64,000 nt of DNA from Euryarchaeota archaeon UBA202. GTDB taxonomy: Archaea; Thermoplasmatota; E2; UBA202. The stretch covers positions 4,957 to 68,956 of the forward strand of contig DAQA01000029.1 of NCBI GenBank assembly GCA_002502685.1, in the 5' to 3' direction. The translations under genes were made by a program, and so were the position numbers. Shown here one piece after another: positions 10,148 through 20,251 of the stretch. The stretch's first letter is position 1, and the number at the start of each line of letters is the position of its first letter. Under the pieces are notes generated by a model. The model did no database searches, had not been told where the DNA came from, and worked only from the letters and a program-made list of their open reading frames with translations.

Positions 10148-11803
10148 ATGAGAAAAGAATGCATTGCTGTTCTTGTACTATTAATCATAATGGGGAATTT
10201 TTTTCATTCTTTCTTTATAAATTCTACTGCCTTGGATGCAAAAAATGTAAAAGGGAATCCTTATGATAATAACTTGTTTAATCAAACTGATATACCTACT
10301 TGGACAATTGGTGATACCTGGACCTATGAATCATCAGTTTTTTTTGAAGGGGAAAACGGCTCCTTTGATGGTTATATCGAAGATCTGGTGCAAACTGTTG
10401 TAAAACTAGTGAACCTTATGCAAAATGAAACCATCCCTTTTTTTGTGGTAAATCTAAGTGGTAATATTAGTGGTGAGTTGGCATATGGAATTATAACAGG
10501 TGATGTGGAAGGGTCAATACAGGGTGAACTTATTGTTAGGTTATCTGATCTTGCAATAATAAGGACAGAAATCAAATCCTGGGGTGAGATTGATACTTTT
10601 TTATTGACCTTTGACTATGGATTAAACAGTACATTACTGTTTCAACCTCCTCTGGAAAATTATGATTTTCCCCTTAAATTAGAAGACAACTGGGAAGTTT
10701 TTTCCCATGTTACATCGAAGGGGAGTTTCTATATCGAGGGCCTTATCAATGAATCACTCTCCGGTGATTCCTTAATGGGTGGATTTATGGAATTTATCAA
10801 TATACAAAATATAAGTGTTCCTGCGGGAATCTTTGAAAGCTGTCAATTAACAGCTCTTAACAATGAATCTTTTGATTATTGGTATTCCCCATTAGTAAAA
10901 AATTCTGTTAAGTCTGTGATAAATATGTCCAGTGATAATTCCACAGTAAACCTAGAGATGAATCTTTCCTCTTATTCCTTAATAAATCAACAAATAAACA
11001 TTACCCAACAGTTCACGCCACCAAGTGTGTACGCAAATGAATATGCAAACATTACAGGAGAGGTTAGAAACACGACTACCGGTGATGCCATTCCTAATGC
11101 ATCCGTTTTCTTACGCCTGCCATGTAACAATCAGGTGTGGAATGTCACCACAAATAATCTTGGTTATTATCACACAATGATTATGGCACCACTCATACAT
11201 GATAACACACCGTCAAATGATGATATCGGATCAGATGGTATCATTGCTTGGACTTCAGGGATTTATGGTGATGGCTGTAGAATAACAACATTGACCATAA
11301 AGGGGATAAACTACACATTTTCTCTCACTGAGGAGTGGAATTTAATTTCGATTCCAACAGAAAATATATGGACTGCGGAAACCCTGGGACAAAATATTAG
11401 TGGCTGTACCGTGGTGTCCATATTTTATGGAAACAACCAGACGTTTATATCCCATGTGGTGGGATCACCCCACGATGATTTTCCCATTGTAGATGGCGTG
11501 GGGTATTTCATGTATGTAACCAATGACAGCAACCTTTCCATGAGGAATTTACCCCTCAATAATATCAATATAACAATTCACCCTGAGTGGAACCTTATTG
11601 GCTGGTATCATGACTATGTTACCACGGCGGAGTCCCTGGGGGCTGCCATTGCTAATTGTACCGTGGTTTCCATGTTTGATGGGGTCAGTAAGAATTTTAC
11701 CACGCATGTGGTGGGGACACCCCATGATGATTTCACTATTGAAACCGGTATGGGTCTTTTTATCTATGCCACTGAAACAAGTATTTGGCAGGGTGAAGGG
11801 TAA
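10148..11803 (+). CDS. Secreted or surface glycoprotein-like protein carrying an internal tandem duplication of a roughly 70-aa C-terminal domain.
   Basis: Signal peptide MRKECIAVLVLLIIMG. Dense NxS/T sequons. Tandem units EWNLISIPTEN...CTVVSIFYGNNQTFISHVVGSPHDDFPIVDGVGYFMYV and EWNLIGWYHDY...CTVVSMFDGVSKNFTTHVVGTPHDDFTIETGMGLFIYA. Confidence 0.5.
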   Translation: MRKECIAVLVLLIIMGNFFHSFFINSTALDAKNVKGNPYDNNLFNQTDIPTWTIGDTWTYESSVFFEGENGSFDGYIEDLVQTVVKLVNLMQNETIPFFVVNLSGNISGELAYGIITGDVEGSIQGELIVRLSDLAIIRTEIKSWGEIDTFLLTFDYGLNSTLLFQPPLENYDFPLKLEDNWEVFSHVTSKGSFYIEGLINESLSGDSLMGGFMEFINIQNISVPAGIFESCQLTALNNESFDYWYSPLVKNSVKSVINMSSDNSTVNLEMNLSSYSLINQQINITQQFTPPSVYANEYANITGEVRNTTTGDAIPNASVFLRLPCNNQVWNVTTNNLGYYHTMIMAPLIHDNTPSNDDIGSDGIIAWTSGIYGDGCRITTLTIKGINYTFSLTEEWNLISIPTENIWTAETLGQNISGCTVVSIFYGNNQTFISHVVGSPHDDFPIVDGVGYFMYVTNDSNLSMRNLPLNNINITIHPEWNLIGWYHDYVTTAESLGAAIANCTVVSMFDGVSKNFTTHVVGTPHDDFTIETGMGLFIYATETSIWQGEG

Positions 11804-11806
11804 ACC

Positions 11807-11983
11807 ATGATCCCATATCTACCTATATGGATAATCCTAATCATTGCCCTTGGGGCCATTGTAGGATGGAAAATCATCAAGTTCACCATCAAGATACTCA
11901 TCATAGTGTTCCTGTTCCTCTTTATCGTAGGTGTTATCTATTTTCTTCCACGCCTTATTGAATACTGTCCCTTGTGTGATTAA
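11807..11983 (+). CDS. Small two-TM membrane protein (58 aa), translationally coupled to the upstream gene.
   Basis: ATG sits 4 nt after the upstream stop. MIPYLPIWIILIIALGAIVGWKIIKFTIKILIIVFLFLFIVGVIYFLP... The alternative minus-strand ORF 11837..12040 looks less plausible. Confidence 0.3.
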   Translation: MIPYLPIWIILIIALGAIVGWKIIKFTIKILIIVFLFLFIVGVIYFLPRLIEYCPLCD

Positions 11984-12553
11984 ACCAAATCTTTGGTCGC
12001 GTTTCATTTGTATAATATCCTTATTGCAAAGGAGCGGCAAGGATAAAAAGTAGATTATTGGATGATAGGAAGGGTAGGTGTGGAGGTTAAAAAAATGAAT
12101 AATTTGGAGGTAAAATTCATTTTGCTACCCTTCCCACGAGAGCTTTAATTAGCATTGAATATTTAGCTTTTTCTCTACTTGCTTTATTTGGGTTTTCCCA
12201 TTCCCAATCAGCCTAATTTTTGTATTCACCTTTATTGTTTTACATTCTTGCAACCTGACTGTGGAGAGTGGTATCTGGATTTTTATTACATATTCTTATA
12301 CAACTTTTCAAAGACATAATAATACAATTAACTCCAAAGAGCCATAAAGATAAATAAAAAGAGGGATGCGCAATACCTCTCACATAATTTACCCCGCTCA
12401 TTAATACCCCCCTATCTATCCCTCCGTCATTCCGCTATTTGAATCAATGAATCAGATAGGTAGGCTTACCAGATCTCCCAAGGGATTAGCAATTTTTTTC
12501 ACTAAGTTTGTGATAATATAAAAGGATACCCACTATCTGGTATTGAGGATAAA

Positions 12554-12982
12554 TTATACGGTGGCGGCACAAGTTGCAAATCCGATGGCAAAATCAGATT
12601 GCTCTTTTTGGATCCATAAGCCTGTAAACCCAAAAAGGATGATATCCAGAGTTGGGTAGCCACCTGATTTTTCTGCTGTGCATGTCCCCTTAAAGCCCAT
12701 TGTTGTTATTGTATCCCATCCTTGGCAAAATAGGGTTGCTGAATGGTATAGTTTTAGTGGCATCCATCGTTGAACATCCATGTAACCATCAAGCAGAGAA
12801 CCAAAGATTTTTTCTAAAAAAGGAAAATCACAGATACCCAGGTAATAGGAAAAAAACTCAAACGTAAGATGCATGAACAGGGTACACCAGTGCCAACTTC
12901 CATTAATTATGGCCAAGCAGAAATAGTTTAAAACATCTAAATCTTGTATATCGATGACAGTTTCTTTTTCTTGTGATAGCAT
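12554..12982 (-). CDS. Hypothetical Cys- and aromatic-rich protein in an otherwise gene-poor 1.5-kb stretch; possibly spurious.
   Basis: Only ORF in the track here; no recognisable motif. Confidence 0.2.
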   Translation of the reverse strand: MLSQEKETVIDIQDLDVLNYFCLAIINGSWHWCTLFMHLTFEFFSYYLGICDFPFLEKIFGSLLDGYMDVQRWMPLKLYHSATLFCQGWDTITTMGFKGTCTAEKSGGYPTLDIILFGFTGLWIQKEQSDFAIGFATCAATV

Positions 12983-13537
12983 TGAAGATCAACCATCAAC
13001 TGAGAGTAACAATATGGCAACCAATAGACTTGGCAGTATGATGCGCATTCTCCCAATAGTGATATTGTGTGTCATGGTATATATTAACAAGTATAGAGCG
13101 TTGGCTTATAAAATTATCTATGTTATTATGAACTGAACCAATTATTTTATTGTGATAAAAATATTATCAAAAAAGAAGGGGAGGGGGATGGGATGCAAGA
13201 CTTAGAGGGATACTGTGCAGTTTTCCCATGCTCCCCCAATTATGGGTTTCATAATGCCATCGGTGTCCCCATTAGGACGCTATATAGACAGATGACATTT
13301 GGCTTTTCCATGTATCCTAAACAACATCGGTGTTTATATATAGAGGGAGGAGGGGCAATAAAATTCCCTTATAAATCTTTCTAAATATTCAATAGTTCCG
13401 AATGTAACTATATTTCCAACATAATAGGGGACTAAATGGATGTTTGTTAATCAAATTTTTTTAGTTTGCAGAGGATATCTTATTTTTGATGTGATAATAA
13501 ACCTATTAAAAAAGACAGCAGAAATAGATTTCATATT

Positions 13538-14806
13538 TTATTTATATTTCAAGTTTAAAATCATATCCACAATAAACCCTATTATAATCAGGAGTAAGCC
13601 CAAGGCAAGAACATTATAGGTAAGATTTGCTATCATGAATATTGATGTTACCATTCCAAAAAAAGGAATCACCGGGAATCTTCCCACATGGAGAGGAACC
13701 TTGAATCCTGTTGTTATCGGTTTTTTATAGCGGAAGTAAATAACAGAAGCGTTTATTGCAATAAAAACAGCAAAAATGGTGAAATTTGTTAAATTCGCAA
13801 TCGTTTTCAAATCTCCAAGGAATAAAAAAGGCATTGCTGCAACAACAATGCTAATGATGGCAACCCAGGGGGTACGAAATCGTTTCCCTACCATGGTGAA
13901 CACCTTTGGAATCGCTTCTTGCTGTGCAATGCCATATATTAATCGTGAGCCGGTCAAGAGCATCATGAGGGCCGTATTGAATGTAGAGAACAAGGCGATA
14001 ACTGAAAGGATGCGAAAACTTTGTTCACCTAAAACCCGCTCAGCTACCAATGCCAATGGTGCCTGTGCAGTTGACAGATCCTCCCAGGGGACAACACTAA
14101 CAGCCGAGATGCCGACGAGGATGTAAATGATAGTAGTGATAATCATGGAATACATGATTGCTTTGGGAATGTTTTTCTCTGGGTTTTTTGTTTCCTCTGC
14201 TAAACGGGTTATGCCTTCAAAACCCAGGTATCCAAAGAAAATCAGGACCCCTGCCTCGATAACCCCTTTCATTCCCTGTGCCGCTTCAAGATAGTTTACT
14301 GAGCCCATATAGGGTAAACCAACAAAGATCACAACCACTAATCCTGCTATTTCGATAGCCGTGAACAAGATGGTGATTTTCGCTGTTTCCTGTACGCCAA
14401 TAATAAGAATAATTTCTATGATGACTAACATAACCAGAGCGATGAGGATGATAGGTGTGTTAAAGATCGCAGAGAAATACTGTGCAAACCCCATCGCAAC
14501 TGTTGCGCCTCCTATCACGCTCCCAGCTAGAAGAAGCCATGAAACAAGCCACGCCGCTCTATGGCCAAAAGAGTTTTCAACATAGACATATTCCGCGCCT
14601 GCCTTGGGGAATCTGGAAGAAAGCTCTGCGTAGCTAAACGCGGTGAGTAGAGCAACAACGGCTGCAATAATAAATGATAACCATATATAGTTCCCGCTCA
14701 ATCCAGCTGCTTCACCAAGAATAACATAGATACCGGCACCCAATATGATGCCTACGCTCATGAGTGTGAGCTCCCATAGAGATAAAGTGCGTTCCAATTC
14801 AACCAT
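13538..14806 (-). CDS. Amino acid permease (APC superfamily transporter).
   Basis: About 12 TM helices. N-terminal LSLWELTLMSVGIILGAGIYVILGEAAG is typical of APC transporters. Confidence 0.75.
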   Translation of the reverse strand: MVELERTLSLWELTLMSVGIILGAGIYVILGEAAGLSGNYIWLSFIIAAVVALLTAFSYAELSSRFPKAGAEYVYVENSFGHRAAWLVSWLLLAGSVIGGATVAMGFAQYFSAIFNTPIILIALVMLVIIEIILIIGVQETAKITILFTAIEIAGLVVVIFVGLPYMGSVNYLEAAQGMKGVIEAGVLIFFGYLGFEGITRLAEETKNPEKNIPKAIMYSMIITTIIYILVGISAVSVVPWEDLSTAQAPLALVAERVLGEQSFRILSVIALFSTFNTALMMLLTGSRLIYGIAQQEAIPKVFTMVGKRFRTPWVAIISIVVAAMPFLFLGDLKTIANLTNFTIFAVFIAINASVIYFRYKKPITTGFKVPLHVGRFPVIPFFGMVTSIFMIANLTYNVLALGLLLIIIGFIVDMILNLKYK

Positions 14807-15530
14807 CTAGTCATGGAAATTGAATTTTGTTTTTAACAGTATCGTCGTGTTTTCCTTAGGGATTGCCTCTATTGGTGCTAGATACTAGTTTAAAAGGCGC
14901 CTGTAAAAAGATGAAAAAATAATTCCCTAAGATTTTATCTTTGTTTTTTCTAACAAGCGATTGGTATGAAGACTATGCTTTTTGTAGCAATTTCTACTGT
15001 AACACCTATGTTTGGAGAAGCACGAACAAGTCAAGCCCAGAACGATACCTAGGAAGTCGCATATATCCAGGAAATTCCATCTAAACACAACACTATAAAC
15101 AGGTGAGGAAGTATGGGAAATAATTGGATATACCTTTTTCGTTTTATTTTTTTTCCAAAAAACAGGAAAGGTAAACTTTTCTCTAGGGTTAAGATTCGGG
15201 CTGTGATAAAAATCATGAAGGAAAATGGCATACTAAGGCAAGAAGTCATGTGTACACAGTAGCATAGGCAATATGGATTTTTGTAGAAAATAAAAAATCA
15301 TATCCAGTTAGGCATATAAGGCAAGTTAGATTAGGGTATTCGCTATCGCTGGGGTATCATTTATAAACATCATTTTAATTACAAGCTAAGAGGTTAATAA
15401 TGGGAGATAATGATATACAAATGACACGGGGTGAAATAAACTTTAATGATAGGTCCATGGTATGTTATGGGATGATAAAAAAAAATAGGATTAATGTACT
15501 TAACACCTAAAACGAGATAGAAGTGAAAAA

Positions 15531-16997
15531 ATGAATTATAAAGGCAAAGCACTAACTATTGCAGGGTCTGATTCTGGAGGAGGAGCAGGTATACAAGCTG
15601 ATTTAAAAACCTTTCACTCCTTTGGCATCTTTGGGATGTCAGTACTAACCTCCGTAACGGCACAAAATACTTTGGGTGTACATGCCATCTATGACCTTCC
15701 CGCTAGCATCATTGCCGCCCAGATTGATGCAGTCATGGAAGATATTGAGGTTGATGCTGTAAAGACAGGGATGATCTCCACTACAGAGATAATAGAGACG
15801 ATTGTGGACAGAATAAAAAAATATGAGATAAACCAGCTGATAGTAGATCCTGTCATGGTGGCTAAAAGTGGTGATCGGCTCCTCAGGAAGGATGCAAAAA
15901 CATCACTTGTAAAGAATCTGTTGCCTCTGTCTTTCCTGATCACTCCCAATGTACCCGAGGCGGAAATAATCAGCGGCACCAAAATCGTAAGTATGGAAGA
16001 TGCCAAGAAAGCAGCCAAGATCATCCAGGCACTAGGACCTACTTTTGTGCTTCTAAAAGGAGGTCATCTCTATGAAGAAAACGCCATTGATATCTTGTTT
16101 GACGGAAATACATATAAATATTTTAAAGCGGAGAGAATTGATACAGCAAACACACACGGAACAGGTTGTACATTATCTGCCTCTATCACCGCTTGTTTAT
16201 CCAAGGGAATGAATGTCCATGATGCCATCAAGGTTGCAAAGGATTATATTACTCGAGCCATACAATATGCCCCTGATAATATTGGGAAAGGAAGTGGGCC
16301 TCTTTATCACAAGATAAAACCACTTGAAATATCTGCTTTTGGAGAAGCAGCTGCGGACTTTGATGTCTGGTTTGACAAAAACAAAATTATTTTCGAATCA
16401 GAGCTCCTTGCCGAAAAACAACTACTCCCTAATCCTGAAAATACCGTGAGCATAGGAGTGGGAAGCGGCCTGTTTGCTTCTCAAATAGGCATCAAATATG
16501 GTGTTGAGCCAGCAGAAGATATGGCCAAACTAGCACGAAAAAGAGGAATCAAAGTGAAAACAGGAATCGCAGAAGAAGTACCTTATCCTGATAAGCAGTT
16601 TGATACAGTACTGCTCAGCACGGTGTTGAGCTATGTAAAGGATGCCCAAAAAGCTGTCAATGAAGCATATCGGATTCTGAAGCCGGGAGGTCATGTTGTC
16701 ATTTCTTTTTTAGCTGGTGAAGGATCCTATGCCATGCTCTATGAACTTGCGCATCTCCGGGGTAGGCATGATTCTGAAATATCGCCGCCGCATCCCTATC
16801 CTCTGCCTTTTATCAGAGGGGCAAACTGGTTGACAACAGATCGAGTTACTGCTCTCTTGCAGAATGCTGGTTTCACTGACTTGTGCTATGTGCAAACCCT
16901 GCGTCGTCATCCGAAATACTCCAATGAAAAAGTAGAAACACCTGTAGAAGGTTATAAAGAGGGTGATTTTATTGTTGTTCAGGGGAAGAAACCGTGA
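15531..16997 (+). CDS. thiD: Hydroxymethylpyrimidine/phosphomethylpyrimidine kinase (ThiD) fused to a C-terminal class I SAM-dependent methyltransferase domain (Methyltransf_11-like).
   Basis: N-terminal ALTIAGSDSGGGAGIQADLKTF plus a ribokinase-fold ThiD body. C-terminal motif I VSIGVGSGLFA, acidic EPAED, FDTVLLSTVL and the post-I region YRILKPGGHVVISF. Confidence 0.7.
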   Translation: MNYKGKALTIAGSDSGGGAGIQADLKTFHSFGIFGMSVLTSVTAQNTLGVHAIYDLPASIIAAQIDAVMEDIEVDAVKTGMISTTEIIETIVDRIKKYEINQLIVDPVMVAKSGDRLLRKDAKTSLVKNLLPLSFLITPNVPEAEIISGTKIVSMEDAKKAAKIIQALGPTFVLLKGGHLYEENAIDILFDGNTYKYFKAERIDTANTHGTGCTLSASITACLSKGMNVHDAIKVAKDYITRAIQYAPDNIGKGSGPLYHKIKPLEISAFGEAAADFDVWFDKNKIIFESELLAEKQLLPNPENTVSIGVGSGLFASQIGIKYGVEPAEDMAKLARKRGIKVKTGIAEEVPYPDKQFDTVLLSTVLSYVKDAQKAVNEAYRILKPGGHVVISFLAGEGSYAMLYELAHLRGRHDSEISPPHPYPLPFIRGANWLTTDRVTALLQNAGFTDLCYVQTLRRHPKYSNEKVETPVEGYKEGDFIVVQGKKP

Positions 16998-17653
16998 AGG
17001 TGACTGATTGCCTTAGAAGGGATGCTGACGTCATATGGCAGCATCTTGTTAGGCATCCTTTTGTAGTTGAATTATACAGTGGTGATTTGCCCCTGGATAA
17101 GTTTAAATTCTATATTCTTCATGACTATTACTATCTTACCACGGCGATGAAAAATTTTAGTCTCTTGGCTGCCAAAGCCCCTACAGTAGAGGATCTGAGA
17201 GATATCCTTGATATACTCCGTTTGGAGGCAGAGAGTGAATACGAAGGATACAAAAAATTTCTGTATCGCCTTGGATATTCGATACCGGAAGCTGTAAAAC
17301 AAGAACCCATTCCAATTAGTATTTCCTATGGCAGTTTTCTTCTTTCAACAAGCACTCTGAAATCATATCCGGAGGCTATAACCGCGGTGCTTCCTTGCTT
17401 TTGGTCCTATGCCGAAATTGCGGATTATCATGGTGATAAGCTACATGACAATAAAAACCAGTTGTACACAGATTGGGCCAAAGTTTATGGAACGGATTCC
17501 TATCGGGATTTGGTTGGAAAGATTAAACAATTGGTGAACCGTGTTGATGAAACCTGTCCTTATGATAAACTCTTGAGGATATTTACCCAAGCAAGCAGAT
17601 ATGAATACTTGTTTTGGAATGCAGTATATACCCAAGAGCAGTGGCCTATATAA
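16994..17653 (+). CDS. tenA: TenA-family thiaminase II / aminopyrimidine aminohydrolase.
   Basis: DKFKFYILHDYYYL and YAEIA... match the TenA/PqqC haem-oxygenase-like fold. GTG start overlaps the thiD stop (coupled). Confidence 0.65.
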   Translation: MKVTDCLRRDADVIWQHLVRHPFVVELYSGDLPLDKFKFYILHDYYYLTTAMKNFSLLAAKAPTVEDLRDILDILRLEAESEYEGYKKFLYRLGYSIPEAVKQEPIPISISYGSFLLSTSTLKSYPEAITAVLPCFWSYAEIADYHGDKLHDNKNQLYTDWAKVYGTDSYRDLVGKIKQLVNRVDETCPYDKLLRIFTQASRYEYLFWNAVYTQEQWPI

Positions 17654-17865
17654 GCAGTAACTAAATCAAGAGGACAAATGAGATATTCCATATGCCTCCT
17701 AGTGTTCCCAATGTCTTGGCCACAAGCAACACTGGACTAAACACTATTCACCTCTGGCACTCCATGTATTTCTGTATCTATGTATTTGGTTAAGAGAAAT
17801 TGTGAATACTATCCGGTGGATTTGAATGGATGTGGGTAAAAAATATATGAAGAAAATATTAATAA

Positions 17866-19551
17866 GTGCTCTCTAATGCATCACCAGGGATTATGATAAA
17901 TGATACAAAAAAGAAGGGGTGGTGTTTACTTGTCATTATTTCTTTGTTACTGGGGACAATGATAAGTTATGTTGGTGGAAATACTGTTTCTACATCCTTT
18001 ATTCTTGATGATTACGACCCATTAGTTAACATTTGTGTTACCCTAATGATTAAGGCAATATGTTCTCTAGAGAGCAATGATACTTCTTCCTCAGACTTTT
18101 ATGTTAAGGCAGGTATTAATAATGAAAGCTTCACCAGCCCGATATGGCATAATAAAGACTATGTCTATCCAGATTGGCATGCCACGGTGGACGTTCCTGA
18201 TGAAGTTGAATATGTAAACATAACAATTGAATTATGGGACCACAATGAGGGAAGAGATATCCTGTGCGATATTAATGGTAATCTTGGAAACCCTCTTAAT
18301 TACCGGCATGTAAACCTTGTCTACAGTATCAAAACAGGATGTTGGGCAGGAGAGGATCACCTCGGTGACATGAGTGGATATGGCCGCTTAAATGGCTGTG
18401 GCGACGGAACTATCTACAATACAGATAGAGATTGTGAATTATGGTTTTCCCTATACCAAAATGATTACGGCAACGACGGATTATCCTATTGGATGGAAAT
18501 CATGGATTATGGAACAAATCCTTCCATTGATAATACAGGGAAGGATTATGATGAGGATGGAATCCCCATAGAGTGGGAACATAAATGGGGATTTAATCCT
18601 GTTTCCTGGGATGATCACATGCATCTTGATAGTGATAATGACAGTCTTACAAACACTGAAGAATATCTAACCCGGCGTTTTGGATCAGATCCTTTTAGGC
18701 GTGATTTGTTTTTGGAGCTTGATTTTATGAAAAATGAAAACAATCGCAGTGTAAATATTGTTTCACAAGATGCACTAGAACTTTTAAAAAACCCCTTCCA
18801 TAGACGAGATATACTCTTTTTTATTATGATCGATGGGTTTTTTCCCTTTGATGATTTTACTGACCAAGAAGCACTCCTGGATATTTATCAAACATTTTTC
18901 CTCACTGATGAGGAAAACATGTGGAAAAGAAGTGTTTTTCATTATGGCATCTTTGCTTATGATTGCATTCCCACAGGCTATTCATATGCTGGAGATGGAC
19001 CAGTTTTTTGGGGATATGTCCCTGGCACCAATGGATTTATTGTCTCACAGACACAGATGGAAAAATATAATAGGTTACGTCCTGATTTAACCCTGGATTA
19101 TTTCCATGCATCAGTAATCATGCACGAAATAGGGCATCATTTTGGTATTAGATTTGGTAATCCCTATGGATGTGATAACCATTTTGGTAAGTATCCCTGG
19201 CAATTAAGCTACTGGATTTTTGGCACCTATAAAAGTATCATGAACTATAGATACACCTATCAAATCCTTGATTACTCAGACGGTTCACATGGAAAAAGAG
19301 ATTTTGATGATTGGGGTTACATGAATTTAAGCTATTTTGAAAAAAATACAAGTACCTGCACCTATGGTGATCAGTCACTAAAACTAAAGAACACCATCCA
19401 AGAGAACATTAGAAGTGATGATATACCCTCTAGACAAGAGCCAATCAAGAAATACCTCGAACGGGAAATCATTGCAAAGACCCTTGAAACAATACGTACA
19501 GGATTAGACGAACAAAAAACTACTAAGCATATTGACCCAGCGTATCACTGA
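17866..19551 (+). CDS. Secreted zinc metallopeptidase with an HExxH motif (likely start at M10, 17893).
   Basis: Signal/TM KKKGWCLLVIISLLLGTMISYVGG. Zinc site VIMHEIGHHFGIRFGNPYGCDNHFG. Asp-rich N-terminal region. Confidence 0.5.
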   Translation: MLSNASPGIMINDTKKKGWCLLVIISLLLGTMISYVGGNTVSTSFILDDYDPLVNICVTLMIKAICSLESNDTSSSDFYVKAGINNESFTSPIWHNKDYVYPDWHATVDVPDEVEYVNITIELWDHNEGRDILCDINGNLGNPLNYRHVNLVYSIKTGCWAGEDHLGDMSGYGRLNGCGDGTIYNTDRDCELWFSLYQNDYGNDGLSYWMEIMDYGTNPSIDNTGKDYDEDGIPIEWEHKWGFNPVSWDDHMHLDSDNDSLTNTEEYLTRRFGSDPFRRDLFLELDFMKNENNRSVNIVSQDALELLKNPFHRRDILFFIMIDGFFPFDDFTDQEALLDIYQTFFLTDEENMWKRSVFHYGIFAYDCIPTGYSYAGDGPVFWGYVPGTNGFIVSQTQMEKYNRLRPDLTLDYFHASVIMHEIGHHFGIRFGNPYGCDNHFGKYPWQLSYWIFGTYKSIMNYRYTYQILDYSDGSHGKRDFDDWGYMNLSYFEKNTSTCTYGDQSLKLKNTIQENIRSDDIPSRQEPIKKYLEREIIAKTLETIRTGLDEQKTTKHIDPAYH

Positions 19552-19655
19552 AGTATGCCGTTTTCCCCCTATTTTGGGGGGAAAAGAGCAAACTGTTTGC
19601 CGTTTTCCAAACAAAAAGAGCATAATTATTTATTCCCTAAAAGATTACAAACATC

Positions 19656-20201
19656 ATGGGTGAGAAAATCCTTCTAGATAGTGAAATCTTTAAGGCGTTA
19701 GCTTCTCAAACCCGTTTAGAAATTTTAAAAGAGCTGGATGAACGAAAGAAAACAGTGACCGAACTGTCACGGATCATGGACCTCAATAAGGCCACCATTT
19801 ATGAACACCTTAACATCCTCCATATGGTGGGCTTGGTGTCAAAGATAGACTCATCAAACAAATGGGTGTACTATAAACTCACCTGGAGAGGCACAGATCT
19901 TCTCCACCCTGAAAAAAAAAGAATAGCTATCATTCTCTCCCTTGCTCTTTCCTTCCTCATCACAGGAATAATATCTTCCCTGGCATACATGAGGCAAGCT
20001 GCACAAAGTTACACCAACCTGGAATCACTTAAAACACCACTTGACAGTTATCCACTCAGCTCTTCCATCCTCCCCGGTATTAATAATCAGTATCTGGTGA
20101 TTGGCATATTCATGTTTTCTCTCTTTTGTCTACTCTCCCTATCCAGCCTATGGCTATGGAAAACCAGGAAGTCACTTATACTACAAAGCCTAAACAGATA
20201 G
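19656..20201 (+). CDS. ArsR-family winged-HTH transcription regulator with C-terminal transmembrane helices (membrane-tethered).
   Basis: LASQTRLEILKELDERKKTVTELSRIMDLNKATIYEHLNILHMVGLV is an ArsR/SmtB HTH. The C-terminal half holds two hydrophobic helices. Confidence 0.6.
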   Translation: MGEKILLDSEIFKALASQTRLEILKELDERKKTVTELSRIMDLNKATIYEHLNILHMVGLVSKIDSSNKWVYYKLTWRGTDLLHPEKKRIAIILSLALSFLITGIISSLAYMRQAAQSYTNLESLKTPLDSYPLSSSILPGINNQYLVIGIFMFSLFCLLSLSSLWLWKTRKSLILQSLNR

Positions 20202-20251
20202 CTACTGCTTCTTTTACTATATAGTCACTTGGGAATCTAGATTGCTGTATG

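Noticed and set aside
11837-12040. 67-aa minus-strand ORF downstream of the surface-protein gene.
   Set aside because: A plus-strand 58-aa two-TM ORF coupled 4 nt after the upstream stop explains the region better. The minus ORF has no start context or motif.
14807-15530. TPP riboswitch upstream of thiD/tenA.
   Set aside because: I could not find the conserved CUGAGA / ACCUGAUCUGGAUAAUGCCAGCG elements by eye in the 700-bp leader. It cannot be excluded without a covariance-model scan.
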